Origin: a virus
Taxonomy: Duplodnaviria; Heunggongvirae; Uroviricota; Caudoviricetes
Length of the DNA stretch: 64,000 bases
Direction: 5' to 3' (one strand)
Virus record (IMG/VR): IMGVR_UViG_2740892427_000001
Position 1 is the first letter of the stretch. Each line of letters opens with the position of its first letter. Position numbers and translations under genes: made by a program. Below the pieces are notes generated by a model. The model was not told the DNA's origin. It ran no database searches and worked only from the letters and a program-made list of their open reading frames with translations. Of this stretch, positions 47,298-56,597 are shown in pieces.

Positions 47298-47644
47298 TGC
47301 TTTGCCTCATGCCACTTTTGCTTCAGGAGATAGCCTTCCAGGGGCCAGATTTGATCGATAGCATCTTTTCGAGCGTACTCGCGACCAACATCAAAGTTGA
47401 AGATTTCTGGTCTTACGCACGCAGATTTTCCCGTTACGGTATATCCATTTTTGAGAACCATAACGCAGAACGTTAAGAGTTTTAACGACTCATGACCTTT
47501 GTCGATATCTGTTTTTGAATTGTAAACAGAGATGAAGTTATCCCCGTGGCTGGCATCATATGCAGTGAAATAATGTTCACTTTGAATGAGTTGTTCAATG
47601 TGTTCAGGGGTGACTTTTAGTGGTGTGTTATCTTTGCTGGTCAT
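47294..47644 (-). CDS. hypothetical protein (116 aa)
   Basis: ORF, ATGA coupling. Confidence 0.5.
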   Translation of the reverse strand: MTSKDNTPLKVTPEHIEQLIQSEHYFTAYDASHGDNFISVYNSKTDIDKGHESLKLLTFCVMVLKNGYTVTGKSACVRPEIFNFDVGREYARKDAIDQIWPLEGYLLKQKWHEAKQ

Positions 47645-47690
47645 TATTTCTTCCTACAAAGTTCGTAGACTTGACTCTTTCAGTTGCAAA

Positions 47691-47710
47691 AAAGGGGCCG
47701 AAGCCCCTTT
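47691..47710. terminator. bidirectional terminator AAAGGGGCcgaaGCCCCTTT
   Basis: perfect 8-bp stem, A-run upstream, T-run downstream. Confidence 0.7.
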
Positions 47711-47784
47711 GAATTTTGCGCTGAAAAAAAGTGTTGCTAGGATGTTAGCAAGCTATGGTTAAGAACGTCTGCCGTAATTGTCTA

Positions 47785-47864
47785 TCACAGCGTTGAGCGG
47801 TCTGGTTTATGTTAGCGGAGTCTTAATCTGGGTGATTAAAAGGCCAAACCGCTCAACGCTGTGT
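47785..47864 (-). other. long stem-loop (~20-bp stem, 38-nt loop) immediately 3' of tRNA-Ser
   Basis: arms atcacagcgttgagcggtctgg / ccaaaccgctcaacgctgtg; the single mismatch is G-U-compatible only in the minus-strand transcript. Confidence 0.5.
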
Positions 47865-47865
47865 T

Positions 47866-47952
47866 TGGCGGAGAGTAATGGAATCGAACCATCATCGCTT
47901 GCGCAATGGGACGGTTTTCAAGACCGCTTGAGCACCATGCTCCCTACTCTCC
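47866..47952 (-). tRNA. tRNA-Ser (anticodon UGA), class II with long variable arm, encoded CCA
   Basis: manual fold: acceptor GGAGAGT/ACTCTCC, anticodon loop CUUGAAA, T-loop GGTTCGATTCC. Confidence 0.7.
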
Positions 47953-48050
47953 AGCTATTGTGATGGTCGGTGCTGAACTCCGACACAGGGTTGTAGCAAG
48001 CCCCGCAAAGCGCGCACTACTGTAGTTGCGGCACATCAGCCTGTGCATTC

Positions 48051-48133
48051 ATCACAACGGTAAGATCACTACCTTTCGACCAGTCATTGTGCACATGAAC
48101 GACGATTAACCGTAATGATCTTATCGTTGTGTT
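48051..48133 (-). other. imperfect long stem-loop in tRNA spacer
   Basis: arms atcacaacggtaagatcact / aatgatcttatcgttgtg. Confidence 0.35.
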
Positions 48134-48180
48134 GTGAAGCCAGATGCTTATCTTCTGGTTGCTTCAAAGAGCTGCACTTC

Positions 48181-48271
48181 CTCACAACGGTAAGAGCACT
48201 GGTCTGACTCTATCGATTTACGGGCTTGTGGGTCAGTATCGCCGATTCGCCCAATGCTCTTACCTGTTGTG
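48181..48271 (-). other. imperfect long stem-loop immediately 3' of tRNA-Thr
   Basis: arms ctcacaacggtaagagcactgg / ccaatgctcttacctgttgtg. Confidence 0.4.
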
Positions 48272-48272
48272 T

Positions 48273-48348
48273 TGGTGCCGGTTAACGGGATCGAACCGCT
48301 GACATCCTGCTTACAAGGCAGACGCTCTACCAACTGAGCTAAACCGGC
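48273..48348 (-). tRNA. tRNA-Thr (anticodon UGU), encoded CCA
   Basis: GCCGGTTTAGCTCAGTTGGTAGAGC...CUUGUAA...GGTTCGATCCCGTTAACCGGCACCA. Confidence 0.8.
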
Positions 48349-48352
48349 AATT

Positions 48353-48439
48353 TGGTGGGGAGTGATGGAGTCGAACCACCCGAGTCGCAATGACAGTAGA
48401 TTTACAGTCTACCCCGCTGCCCCTACGGACTAACTCCCC
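48353..48439 (-). tRNA. tRNA-Tyr (anticodon GUA), long variable arm, encoded CCA
   Basis: anticodon arm GTAGACTGTAAATCTAC, T-loop GGTTCGACTCC, acceptor GGGGAGT/ACTCCCC. Confidence 0.8.
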
Positions 48440-48444
48440 TAAAT

Positions 48445-48519
48445 TGGCGATGGTGGGTGGATTCGAACCACCGACCAGTTGGTTAACAGCCAACTGCTCT
48501 ACCGCTGAGCTACACCATC
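48445..48519 (-). tRNA. tRNA-Asn (anticodon GUU), encoded CCA
   Basis: GATGGTGTAGCTCAGCGGTAGAGC...GTTGGCTGTTAACCAAC...GGTTCGAATCCACC. Confidence 0.8.
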
Positions 48520-48782
48520 AATTCAGCACTGCCAGTATTTATTACTCAACAGTGCCAATCGCGACGGTTTAGTTTCTGCCAGGAAACGCACCGCTACTTG
48601 CACTTTTCGTTAGTGCCAGACGCTTTCGACTTCGCTCAATAGTAGAAGGCAAAATCTTTAAGTAGATGATGTTTCTGAGGACAGCACCTACTTTGTAATT
48701 TATACAATGTGATGTATGGAATCATTTGTTGTGAAAACAGGCACCAATGGCAACAGTGGTTAAACCTACACAACAATCCTGT

Positions 48783-48909
48783 CTTCACAACGTTGAGGCC
48801 ACTACTCCGATTGAATGTTTGCCCAACATGTTACATATCAACGCTCGCCGGTATCTCTGTGAATAGAACCTTAGAATTGATAAAAATGTAATGGCCTCAA
48901 CGTTGTGTG
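48783..48909 (-). other. long stem-loop (18-bp stem, ~86-nt loop) upstream of the tRNA cluster
   Basis: arms cttcacaacgttgaggccact / aatggcctcaacgttgtgtg; mismatch G-U-compatible on the minus strand. Confidence 0.45.
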
Positions 48910-49069
48910 CTGGCTAACCATACCAGCCGGGCTACGTCGCCGCTTTTTAACCCAGTATAAACGACATAATTGAACAAAATGACGTAACAGGATGGGCGGT
49001 CAGTGGCTAAGAATCCGGGAGTCATATGGAGTTGAAAATATACCAACCGCCCATTCTGTTACTTCATCG

Positions 49070-49107
49070 GATAGGGCATAGTGGTTTGGCTGTCTATGCC
49101 CTATCCT
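49070..49107. other. perfect 13-bp stem-loop GGATAGGGCATAG-n12-CTATGCCCTATCC
   Basis: read directly. Confidence 0.5.
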
Positions 49108-49311
49108 GCGTTCTGCAATCACACTCGCTCAGTGTGTCCCATTTCGGTAACGAGGCTGGAAACTGACCTCGCTGGTGTTTGGCTTATTAGGCTACTGCCA
49201 GATAGACTTCTTCGTTTGCACTTGTATTTAAGTTCAAACAGTCGCGTCTCAACGAAAACAAAGTCATCTTATACATAAAAGATAAGTAAGTAAATACTTA
49301 TCATGATGTTT

Positions 49312-49602
49312 CTATTCGGTTGTGACTTTTTTGATCAAGGCCACTCTACGACTAGGTGTTCTTGTGATGGTGGCAGTGAATCGTTTCGCCTGGATAGTAA
49401 TGGTTTCGTTCTCCTTAAGTTGCCCGTAGCGAGTTTCCACCAGGGTGCCAAGACGCCACAGACCATCATCGATACGTTTATGACTAGCAAATTTAATCAG
49501 CAACAGTTTTACGACTAACTGACCTACGTAAAAGGCGAATGCGACTCCGGTCGCTAAGAAATAGGTGGCCAACCACCATTCCCAAGAAGTTAAATTGCTC
49601 AT
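49312..49602 (-). CDS. membrane-anchored hypothetical protein (96 aa)
   Basis: N-terminal TM segment. Confidence 0.4.
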   Translation of the reverse strand: MSNLTSWEWWLATYFLATGVAFAFYVGQLVVKLLLIKFASHKRIDDGLWRLGTLVETRYGQLKENETITIQAKRFTATITRTPSRRVALIKKVTTE

Positions 49603-49751
49603 TTTTTCACCTTTGTTTCATGAACTACCCGATACACACGCTTTCCGATGCACAGTGTTTTGGTTTTAAGTTCCTGCTTAATTAAATCACGACAGATGCC
49701 GAAGCCGATAAGGAAGCCACCCATAAAAGCTAATGAGATGTATGGAATCAT
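49599..49751 (-). CDS. small membrane peptide (50 aa), paralog of 49947..50126
   Basis: MIPYISLAFMGGFLIGFGICRDL...GKRVYRVVHET; ATG lies inside the repeated ATGATTCCATACATC motif. Confidence 0.3.
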   Translation of the reverse strand: MIPYISLAFMGGFLIGFGICRDLIKQELKTKTLCIGKRVYRVVHETKVKK

Positions 49752-49963
49752 TTTAACACTCCTGATTCTACTAATTGCTGTAGCAATACTTTCCCTTTAT
49801 CAGTTAACTGGTAGTTGGCCGAACACCACGTTTCAGAAACGTTTGCAACCAACCCTAAACGCTCTAACTTAGCTCGCGTTTTAGGCTTCCAGTACTCAGG
49901 GAACTCCGGCCACTTACTGATTTCATGAAGCGTTTCCTTCTCCCGTTTACTTAATACGATCAT
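49748..49963 (-). CDS. hypothetical protein (71 aa)
   Basis: ORF with AAGGAG RBS. Confidence 0.45.
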   Translation of the reverse strand: MIVLSKREKETLHEISKWPEFPEYWKPKTRAKLERLGLVANVSETWCSANYQLTDKGKVLLQQLVESGVLK

Positions 49964-50126
49964 CCTTAATCTCCTTCAGGGTGTTGGTTATTTCTACAAT
50001 GCGATAAATACGACCGCGTCTTTCTATAACACCGCTTTTAATGTAGTCATTGATGCAACTGGACATCACCACAATACCTATGAAAAAACCAACTGCTAAA
50101 AATGCAATCATCCAGCCGAGCATCAT
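49947..50126 (-). CDS. small membrane peptide (59 aa)
   Basis: MMLGWMIAFLAVGFFIGIVVM...RGRIYRIVEIT; ATGA coupling to the ligase stop. Confidence 0.3.
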   Translation of the reverse strand: MMLGWMIAFLAVGFFIGIVVMSSCINDYIKSGVIERRGRIYRIVEITNTLKEIKDDRIK

Positions 50127-51445
50127 TCTTTATCTCCGATTCGATCTTCTGTATCGCGTAAGCAACGCGGCCATTTCAGTCGGGGGTGGCGTAAGCTGCC
50201 ATCCGGTGTTTTCTCGTGACAATGAACCTCAACAATACGACCACGGTACTTCTCTTTGTTGTTCCAGATCTCGTCCAGATATTTATGCTTAATACCGCTC
50301 GCACGAACGATGACGCCGTTTTCAAGACGAATAACAATTTTTCCAAGCGTGTTGGCAAAACCAGAGTCCGGATCGCCCGGCTCAAAATCGATAATTTCAC
50401 CATCTTCTGAATCTTCGTCTTTTAACTTCCACCAGCTGCGGGTACGTTTAAACTCGTAAACAGAGTTCGGATCTTTGCCCATCTCCCCTTCTTCGTTATC
50501 GTCCAGGCGTTTCATGAAGCGTTCGATGAAGTCTTCGTGGCTATGGATGATATAGAACGGATGTAGGTGAATGTCTTGCGCGTAGTCTTCACTGCGATCG
50601 TTTTTGAACAACGCCACGAGAATAGCCAGGCGCTCTTTCAGCTTCATACCTGTCTTTGCATACTCTTTGGATTTAGCCTGTGCCCGCCATTCCGGTAGGA
50701 AAAAGTCGAAAACATGATAAATAGCGCCAATTGCCTGCACGTTCTTTTTGCGCAATGCAGATACGGACTGGTTAAATGAACCGGCTGTTCCTTCACCATC
50801 GAAGAAGATGTGTTTGTGGCCTGAAAGTTTGCCTAATTCGAGCATTGCTGGCTTTAGGTGATCGAGAGACGTGATTGGATTACCAGTACGAGAAAGGAAG
50901 TTAACCTCTTCCTCGTCAACAATAACCTCGCAAATTACTCGCAAACCATCGAGCTTAAGACTGCCAATCATCGGCCATTTTGCTTTAGGATTTGGCTTGA
51001 AGGGGTATTTGTCGCCTTTTTCTTTATACGGTGACGCCAGCTGCACCTCGAATTTCGGAATGGGATTTTCAAAAACCTTGTTGCATAGGCTAATCCCAAC
51101 ACCTGCTTTCGGGTCTTTTAAGAGGAAACGACGGAACACGTCCTGCCCATCGGCGCACATTGACGCCACGATAGACTCAACAGCTGCTATTGCTGCGTTC
51201 CCCGTCAGCTCGCGAGAGGCCAGCTTATTCAGTACATCAATGGCTTTTTCGTCACTTGGGACGGACTCACTAAGCGGCTCTGCCACTTTGTATTTCTTTA
51301 CCCCAAAACGGATGAAAGGGTTGAGCATCAATGAAACCATGCTTTGTTCAAAGTCATCCATGTTGGCCAATGCCTCTTTTTTTGCATTGGTTCCCATAGC
51401 TTTCATTTCGTCCAGCTTATGCTTAAGTGCGATCAACTTTTTCAT
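50123..51445 (-). CDS. ATP-dependent DNA ligase
   Basis: adenylation motif I MIGSLKLDGLRVI (KxDG) and downstream nucleotidyltransferase motifs. Confidence 0.85.
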   Translation of the reverse strand: MKKLIALKHKLDEMKAMGTNAKKEALANMDDFEQSMVSLMLNPFIRFGVKKYKVAEPLSESVPSDEKAIDVLNKLASRELTGNAAIAAVESIVASMCADGQDVFRRFLLKDPKAGVGISLCNKVFENPIPKFEVQLASPYKEKGDKYPFKPNPKAKWPMIGSLKLDGLRVICEVIVDEEEVNFLSRTGNPITSLDHLKPAMLELGKLSGHKHIFFDGEGTAGSFNQSVSALRKKNVQAIGAIYHVFDFFLPEWRAQAKSKEYAKTGMKLKERLAILVALFKNDRSEDYAQDIHLHPFYIIHSHEDFIERFMKRLDDNEEGEMGKDPNSVYEFKRTRSWWKLKDEDSEDGEIIDFEPGDPDSGFANTLGKIVIRLENGVIVRASGIKHKYLDEIWNNKEKYRGRIVEVHCHEKTPDGSLRHPRLKWPRCLRDTEDRIGDKE

Positions 51446-51924
51446 TGTTGTTTTGCCTCCATATGTTGATCGATTTGCTCATGTGTTTCTTTTGTTGTTT
51501 CTTCAAGCAACGCCGCATACACGTCAGTGATCGCTGTTTGTGATGTGGCGCTCTTCTTAACCATGCTATTAATCGTTACACTGTCACGTTTTCGTTTTAT
51601 AGTTCTGGCTTGTTTATTCCGTTCTTCAACCTCCTTAATGAGTGCGGTCATATCTTCGAAATACAGAGATTCTCCTTTACGAATCTCTTCAACCATCATT
51701 TTTAACGCCTTGCATTTGCCTGCTTTGATAGCGGTTGCGCACGACTGGAATGAAGTTCGAGGAAGACGGTTTTCTTTGAAGGCAAGAATGGTGTGCTGGC
51801 AAACGGAGTAGCTGCAATATGCCGACTCACCGTTTATCTTTACTTCCTCACAACGAAGTGAATAACCATTATTTCCTGAAATAGAGGGGATTTTTGACAA
51901 ATCAGCTTTCACAACCACCGCCAC
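51442..51924 (-). CDS. hypothetical protein (160 aa), Cys-rich N-terminal part
   Basis: ORF. Confidence 0.5.
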   Translation of the reverse strand: MAVVVKADLSKIPSISGNNGYSLRCEEVKINGESAYCSYSVCQHTILAFKENRLPRTSFQSCATAIKAGKCKALKMMVEEIRKGESLYFEDMTALIKEVEERNKQARTIKRKRDSVTINSMVKKSATSQTAITDVYAALLEETTKETHEQIDQHMEAKQQ

Positions 51925-51979
51925 AAATAATCTTGTACTTACCTATCATTCTTTGCGTAAAAAACGACACACTGAGAGA

Positions 51980-52762
51980 TTACCAACTTCCCCAGCTAAT
52001 CATCTTGCGCTGATTGCTTTCTAAGCGATAGGGGGCAAGAAGCTCTGTGACATGATTGGTGGCGTATGATTTAGCCTCTTGCTCTATCATCGGTAATTCG
52101 TTAGCAATCCTGACCACCTTCCCAGCAAATTCCGCCATTACGCCATCACATGCCTTCCCAGCATCAATAACGATATGCACCAGATCCAACTGGCTTTTGC
52201 ACATGTCCCAAAGAGTCGAATATTCGCTCTCCCTGATTACATTTACGGCATCATTAGCCCCTTTATTAAGCAAGACTTCCAACAGGTTTGTCGGGGTAAC
52301 GAAATCGGCTTTAAGTGACAATGTTCTCTCACCTTTTATCGACCGTAAGTACTCTTCGTAGTTTTGCTTGTCTTCCAGCAAAACTAAGCTATGCATAGTT
52401 AGAAGTGATTCCTGAATAGCCTCTTCAATAATACTGTCGTTTGGCGCACAAAAAACGGTATTTGTGTAGATCACTTTGCCATCCATCCATGCCCCAACCT
52501 GCACTTTAAGACTGATCGGGTTTTCTTTGCTAATAAAAACAACTAATGCAGAACGCCGTGCACAAGAAGGTTCACCCCATACGTGTAACTTAACCTTCAG
52601 ATAAGGTAGCCCCGGTAGCGGGATCTCGACCAAACGAGTGGCGATATGATCCATTGCTGTTTTTACGGCTTTTTCAATGATGTCTAGCCGATTGCTCTCG
52701 CTGATTTCTAAACCAGTTTTATCAATGATGTCGCAGGCTAATTTCTGAATTTCGTCTTTCAT
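51980..52762 (-). CDS. hypothetical protein (260 aa)
   Basis: ORF. Confidence 0.5.
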   Translation of the reverse strand: MKDEIQKLACDIIDKTGLEISESNRLDIIEKAVKTAMDHIATRLVEIPLPGLPYLKVKLHVWGEPSCARRSALVVFISKENPISLKVQVGAWMDGKVIYTNTVFCAPNDSIIEEAIQESLLTMHSLVLLEDKQNYEEYLRSIKGERTLSLKADFVTPTNLLEVLLNKGANDAVNVIRESEYSTLWDMCKSQLDLVHIVIDAGKACDGVMAEFAGKVVRIANELPMIEQEAKSYATNHVTELLAPYRLESNQRKMISWGSW

Positions 52763-52837
52763 ACAAACTCCTAGCTAACAGATGAAAGTATTCTTACAGA
52801 AAGATAAGTAATCATCTACTTATTTTATCGGCACTTG

Positions 52838-54019
52838 TTACGATAGCGCCTTAATGCCTAAAACCTTGCTTTGCAACTCCAACTGTCTGGTATACGGTTT
52901 TGCCCGATAATAGGCTTTGATAATTTGTTCTGGCGTTGCATCGCCTGGGTCGAGTCCTTCCTCGCCCAAACACGCTACTTTGACATTAAGACCAATACTG
53001 GTCAGTCGCCTGGCTGCGGCCATAGTGTTGCGTATAGCTTGCTTTTCACTATCCCACATCATGATCACATTACGTAATCCACGCGCCTTGAGCGTCAGGA
53101 ACGCGCCCAACTGATCTTCTGCATCCTGAGTGGTGTTGCCAGATAGATGCATCCCGAACGTTCCTATTGGTTCCACGTAATCACGTAATGTTTCTTCATC
53201 AAAAATAGCTCGTTTAACTCCCATAACATCGAACGCCCCCTCACAGACAACTACAGTCTGTTTGCCAACTGCATTATGGCCGTTGTAGAGAAACTTACCT
53301 GAAGCTGGAAGCTGCATAGGAAAGAGGTAGCGGCGTTCTGCTGTACCGGTAATGTCTCGTCCCTGAAATGTCTTCATTACCCCATCCAGATCGTAAACCG
53401 GTATCAGTATTCGCATATCGAATATCTGTCCTTTAACCTGATCTGTATACGGATCTACATAGGCGTGCTTGCCTTCGACGCAGTATCGTAGGTCAAAATA
53501 TTTTGCCATTTCAGGTGATATGTTTCGTTCAACCAGATAGTCTGGAAGACGGCCATCTATAGGAAGCTCGTAATGACGAGGGAGTGCAACTGGCCCCTCT
53601 AACTCGACTGTGCTTGCAAGCACTAGCTCTTCTTTCTTTGGTGCCCACCCCTGGGAAAGAAGAGCGTTCTGCACATATTCCTCGAACTGTCGTCGTGATT
53701 TACCGCTGTAGTGCTTGAGGAAGACCAGCTTATTGAACTGAATCTCTTCGGGATGATCACCAGCGAAGCATTTGCCGACGCCACTGGTCAGATTGAAATA
53801 TACCTTCCAGTTGGAGCTGCCGCATACCGGACACTCCTTGATATTCACTTCACGACCGCGAGTACTCACGCCTCCACGTCGATAAACGATACCTTCAGTA
53901 TCCAACCATTGTTCAAAATCTAATTCGGTAATTAGCTCTTTCAGCTCGCTCACGATAATTCCACTTTTAACAGGCAATATTGTGACCAACCTAAATGTTG
54001 ATATAACATAAAGGCTCAT
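52838..54019 (-). CDS. DNA primase (zinc-ribbon + TOPRIM)
   Basis: CPVCGSSNW...GKCFAGDHP zinc ribbon; TOPRIM VVCEGAFDVMGV and MMWDSEKQ; start set to ATG 54019 (CCACAAAAGAAAAACAC upstream). Confidence 0.8.
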   Translation of the reverse strand: MSLYVISTFRLVTILPVKSGIIVSELKELITELDFEQWLDTEGIVYRRGGVSTRGREVNIKECPVCGSSNWKVYFNLTSGVGKCFAGDHPEEIQFNKLVFLKHYSGKSRRQFEEYVQNALLSQGWAPKKEELVLASTVELEGPVALPRHYELPIDGRLPDYLVERNISPEMAKYFDLRYCVEGKHAYVDPYTDQVKGQIFDMRILIPVYDLDGVMKTFQGRDITGTAERRYLFPMQLPASGKFLYNGHNAVGKQTVVVCEGAFDVMGVKRAIFDEETLRDYVEPIGTFGMHLSGNTTQDAEDQLGAFLTLKARGLRNVIMMWDSEKQAIRNTMAAARRLTSIGLNVKVACLGEEGLDPGDATPEQIIKAYYRAKPYTRQLELQSKVLGIKALS

Positions 54020-54100
54020 GTGTTTTTCTTTTGTGGTTTGGCAAAAGAAAAGTTGTTTCACCAATGAATCAAGCGTGGAGGTGTTCTCCACGCTTATTTT

Positions 54101-55441
54101 TTAGGTAACGTCTAAGATTCGCTCAATGAAGCGCATTTGTTCGAGGTTTTGTTTAACGCGAATGCTGATCCCTCCCTGCTGGTTACGTGAACCAGCAAAG
54201 TAGAGACGAGCCTCTCCTTTCGCTTCTTCTTCTTCGGTTTTGTTGATCGTTATTACCAGGTCAGCAATACGTACTTTTTCGATGTTGTCGGCAGCGTGCA
54301 TCATTGTGGCAACTTCTGACGCGCCACCTTCACGGTTTGTCTGCGATGCCGTGATCCCAGCAACGTTATGCTTGTCATAAAGAGCACGTAAATCGGTGTA
54401 GATACTACGAATGTTGGCGCGATCATCACGAAGGTCATAACTGGCACGCATCAAATCTGCGTAGTCGACAACAACCATGTCAGGTACCATGCCGTTGGCT
54501 TTCATGCTGTTAAGCATACGGTCCAGATCTGCCGGTGACATACTTCCTGACGGACGCTCAACCACCCACAAACTACCAATCCCCTTCGTGGCTCCCAACT
54601 CTGCCAACTTACGATGAACCTCATCGCGCCGTTCCACCAGCTTGGACATTTCTGTCTCCGACAATCTTGCATCAAAACGGTCGGATAAAATGGTGGTGTG
54701 AACCTCCAGCGAGAGATACAGAACATTGTAGCCAGCAAGCGTTGCGTTTATGGAAAACTCACCCATTGCGGTCGATTTACCGGATTTAGCGAACCCCATG
54801 AAGAGCACCATTTCGCGCTTTGCCCAGCCTTTTTGGTACAGCAACCTATCGAGCAGAGGGAGTCCAGTTGTAATGCTGTTTGGCACATACTCCTCTGAAG
54901 CCTCATATTCACGCGCTTTCAATCGCTCACTTGCGGAGGTGTAGTAGTCATAGATTCCGGTCGCTTCGTTCGATCCAATCTGCTGAACCTTGGCCATGAT
55001 TGCCATCGCCCCCTGAAAGTCGCCTTTCTCTTTCAGTTCAGCAGCCTTAATCAGAGCATCATCAAACGCTACACTTTTTGCGAAGGTTGATACCTGGTCA
55101 ACCATGTACGAGGTATCGGACAATTTTTCTGCAAGAATGCGCTTAAACGCAGCAACAACATCGGCGAATAGTTCCTCACGGATAGTCTTATCGCGTTTCG
55201 CACGCTTAAGCATATCCAGAATTGCAGATGAAGAGGGCGCGCTCTTGTACATACGGTAATAGCCCGAAACCATATTAACCAATATGGCATTGGCCGCATT
55301 GGCAAATTGGCTAGGCACAACCAGATCTCCCGCACGAGTAAGAAACTCGTGATCACGACAAAAATATGCCGTCAGTCTGTTCTGGAAATCTTCATCAAAC
55401 TCTTCGGACAGCCCGCGTCCTGTATGGCAAAGTTCGGTCAT
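54101..55441 (-). CDS. replicative DNA helicase, DnaB-like
   Basis: RecA-fold Walker A GFAKSGKST, Walker B VVVDYADL, N-terminal helical domain. Confidence 0.85.
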   Translation of the reverse strand: MTELCHTGRGLSEEFDEDFQNRLTAYFCRDHEFLTRAGDLVVPSQFANAANAILVNMVSGYYRMYKSAPSSSAILDMLKRAKRDKTIREELFADVVAAFKRILAEKLSDTSYMVDQVSTFAKSVAFDDALIKAAELKEKGDFQGAMAIMAKVQQIGSNEATGIYDYYTSASERLKAREYEASEEYVPNSITTGLPLLDRLLYQKGWAKREMVLFMGFAKSGKSTAMGEFSINATLAGYNVLYLSLEVHTTILSDRFDARLSETEMSKLVERRDEVHRKLAELGATKGIGSLWVVERPSGSMSPADLDRMLNSMKANGMVPDMVVVDYADLMRASYDLRDDRANIRSIYTDLRALYDKHNVAGITASQTNREGGASEVATMMHAADNIEKVRIADLVITINKTEEEEAKGEARLYFAGSRNQQGGISIRVKQNLEQMRFIERILDVT

Positions 55442-55484
55442 GTGCTTTCCTTTGTTTTTTAAACAAATTGTTTTCTAGTATTAG

Positions 55485-56234
55485 TTAATTAGATAGGGGA
55501 TCAATAAACCGCCGTGCTTCTTCCAGTTCTTCTGGAAAGTGGGCGGAAATAAGGCGCTCTGGAACGATTTCCATTAGCCAGATAGCGGAGAAAATTGCGC
55601 GTATGCGCTTGCTGCGAGGGATGGTGCGCAAACGCTCCAGAATCCACTCAAAATAGCTTTCCTGAATCGGGTTGAACTGCATGTCTCCCATATGCTTAAA
55701 GCTAACCAGAGAGTCATCCAGACGGGTTGTTGCGCGTATGGCTAATTTCTCTTCAAATATCTCAATCAGTTCTGGCTGCCACAAATGCTGTGGGCGAGGC
55801 AGCTTGTCCCACAGACGTCGTGCAGCTGCGGAAAGAACAGTGGAGATAAAGTAGTCGTATGAGCAGCAATAGCGATCCGCAAACTGGCGTGCTTTCCATA
55901 GCGACGTTTTATTGGCAGTCGACAACTCCTGATAAGGCAGGCGTTTTAACCCGGTGGTGAACGGAGCTGTTTCAAAGTGTTCGCGACCGTGCGTCAGCAT
56001 GATATTTGAGTACTGACGTTTGTATGCCTCCGTAAAAAGACAGGTGGCCATGAGAGGATGCATGTCGCGGTAATCAAACCACTTCGTCTCGAAGAGTTCA
56101 GCCTCGTCTTTACAGCGCGACAAACCAATGTTTTCAGCGACCCACTTGTCCATAACAGCGGTATTCCACTCTGTCATGAAGTCGTACTGGTCGTTGTCGA
56201 TGGTATCGAAAAAGATTTGGCTCATGTGGCTCAC
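55485..56234 (-). CDS. hypothetical protein (249 aa)
   Basis: ORF upstream of the helicase gene. Confidence 0.5.
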   Translation of the reverse strand: MSHMSQIFFDTIDNDQYDFMTEWNTAVMDKWVAENIGLSRCKDEAELFETKWFDYRDMHPLMATCLFTEAYKRQYSNIMLTHGREHFETAPFTTGLKRLPYQELSTANKTSLWKARQFADRYCCSYDYFISTVLSAAARRLWDKLPRPQHLWQPELIEIFEEKLAIRATTRLDDSLVSFKHMGDMQFNPIQESYFEWILERLRTIPRSKRIRAIFSAIWLMEIVPERLISAHFPEELEEARRFIDPLSN

Positions 56235-56341
56235 CTGGTAGGTAGTTACTTACTTATCACAATGAGCGGATGATAGCGACTGGTGGCAGTTTTTGGAAGT
56301 GGAAACGGAAGGGAATGTATCTGGGAAGTCAGCAGAGAAAA

Positions 56342-56399
56342 GACCTGCTTCCGTATAAATAATAATAAGTAACTTAGTATTTATATACAGAAGCAGGTC
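56342..56399 (-). other. long stem-loop GACCTGCTTCCGTATA-n26-TATACAGAAGCAGGTC, paralog of 8774-8834
   Basis: shared 14-bp arms with the same G-U-compatible mismatch in both copies. Confidence 0.5.
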
Positions 56400-56597
56400 A
56401 AAAACCAACCCAACCTAGTTTTTAGTCTCATGGTATGCAACCTTAAGATCTACTTCAAAACAGCTGCACGCCAGACGGTTGTAACATTGTTAAGTGTAAC
56501 AAATTATTGTAGATTACTCAGGCACAGAATAGCATCTACAACTTAAGAAACGTCCAGAAATAAACAATGTACCAATCACGTAGAAAGGGAATTAAGA

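Noticed and set aside
47953-48272. Additional tRNA genes between tRNA-Ser and tRNA-Thr
   Set aside because: No T-loop (GGTTCRANYCC) or plausible cloverleaf found by eye; the region holds long hairpins instead. A covariance scan could still find a divergent tRNA.
45738-48519. Interpreting the recombinase plus adjacent tRNAs as a chromosomal integration junction (attL/attR)
   Set aside because: The tRNAs form a multi-tRNA cluster embedded among phage-type genes and hairpins, and no direct repeat of a tRNA 3' end was found in the window. They are more likely element-encoded tRNAs than an integration target.
48148-48572. Short ORFs overlapping the tRNA genes (48148..48390, 48311..48493, 48390..48572)
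   Set aside because: They coincide with tRNA-Thr, tRNA-Tyr and tRNA-Asn and are artefacts of structured RNA sequence.
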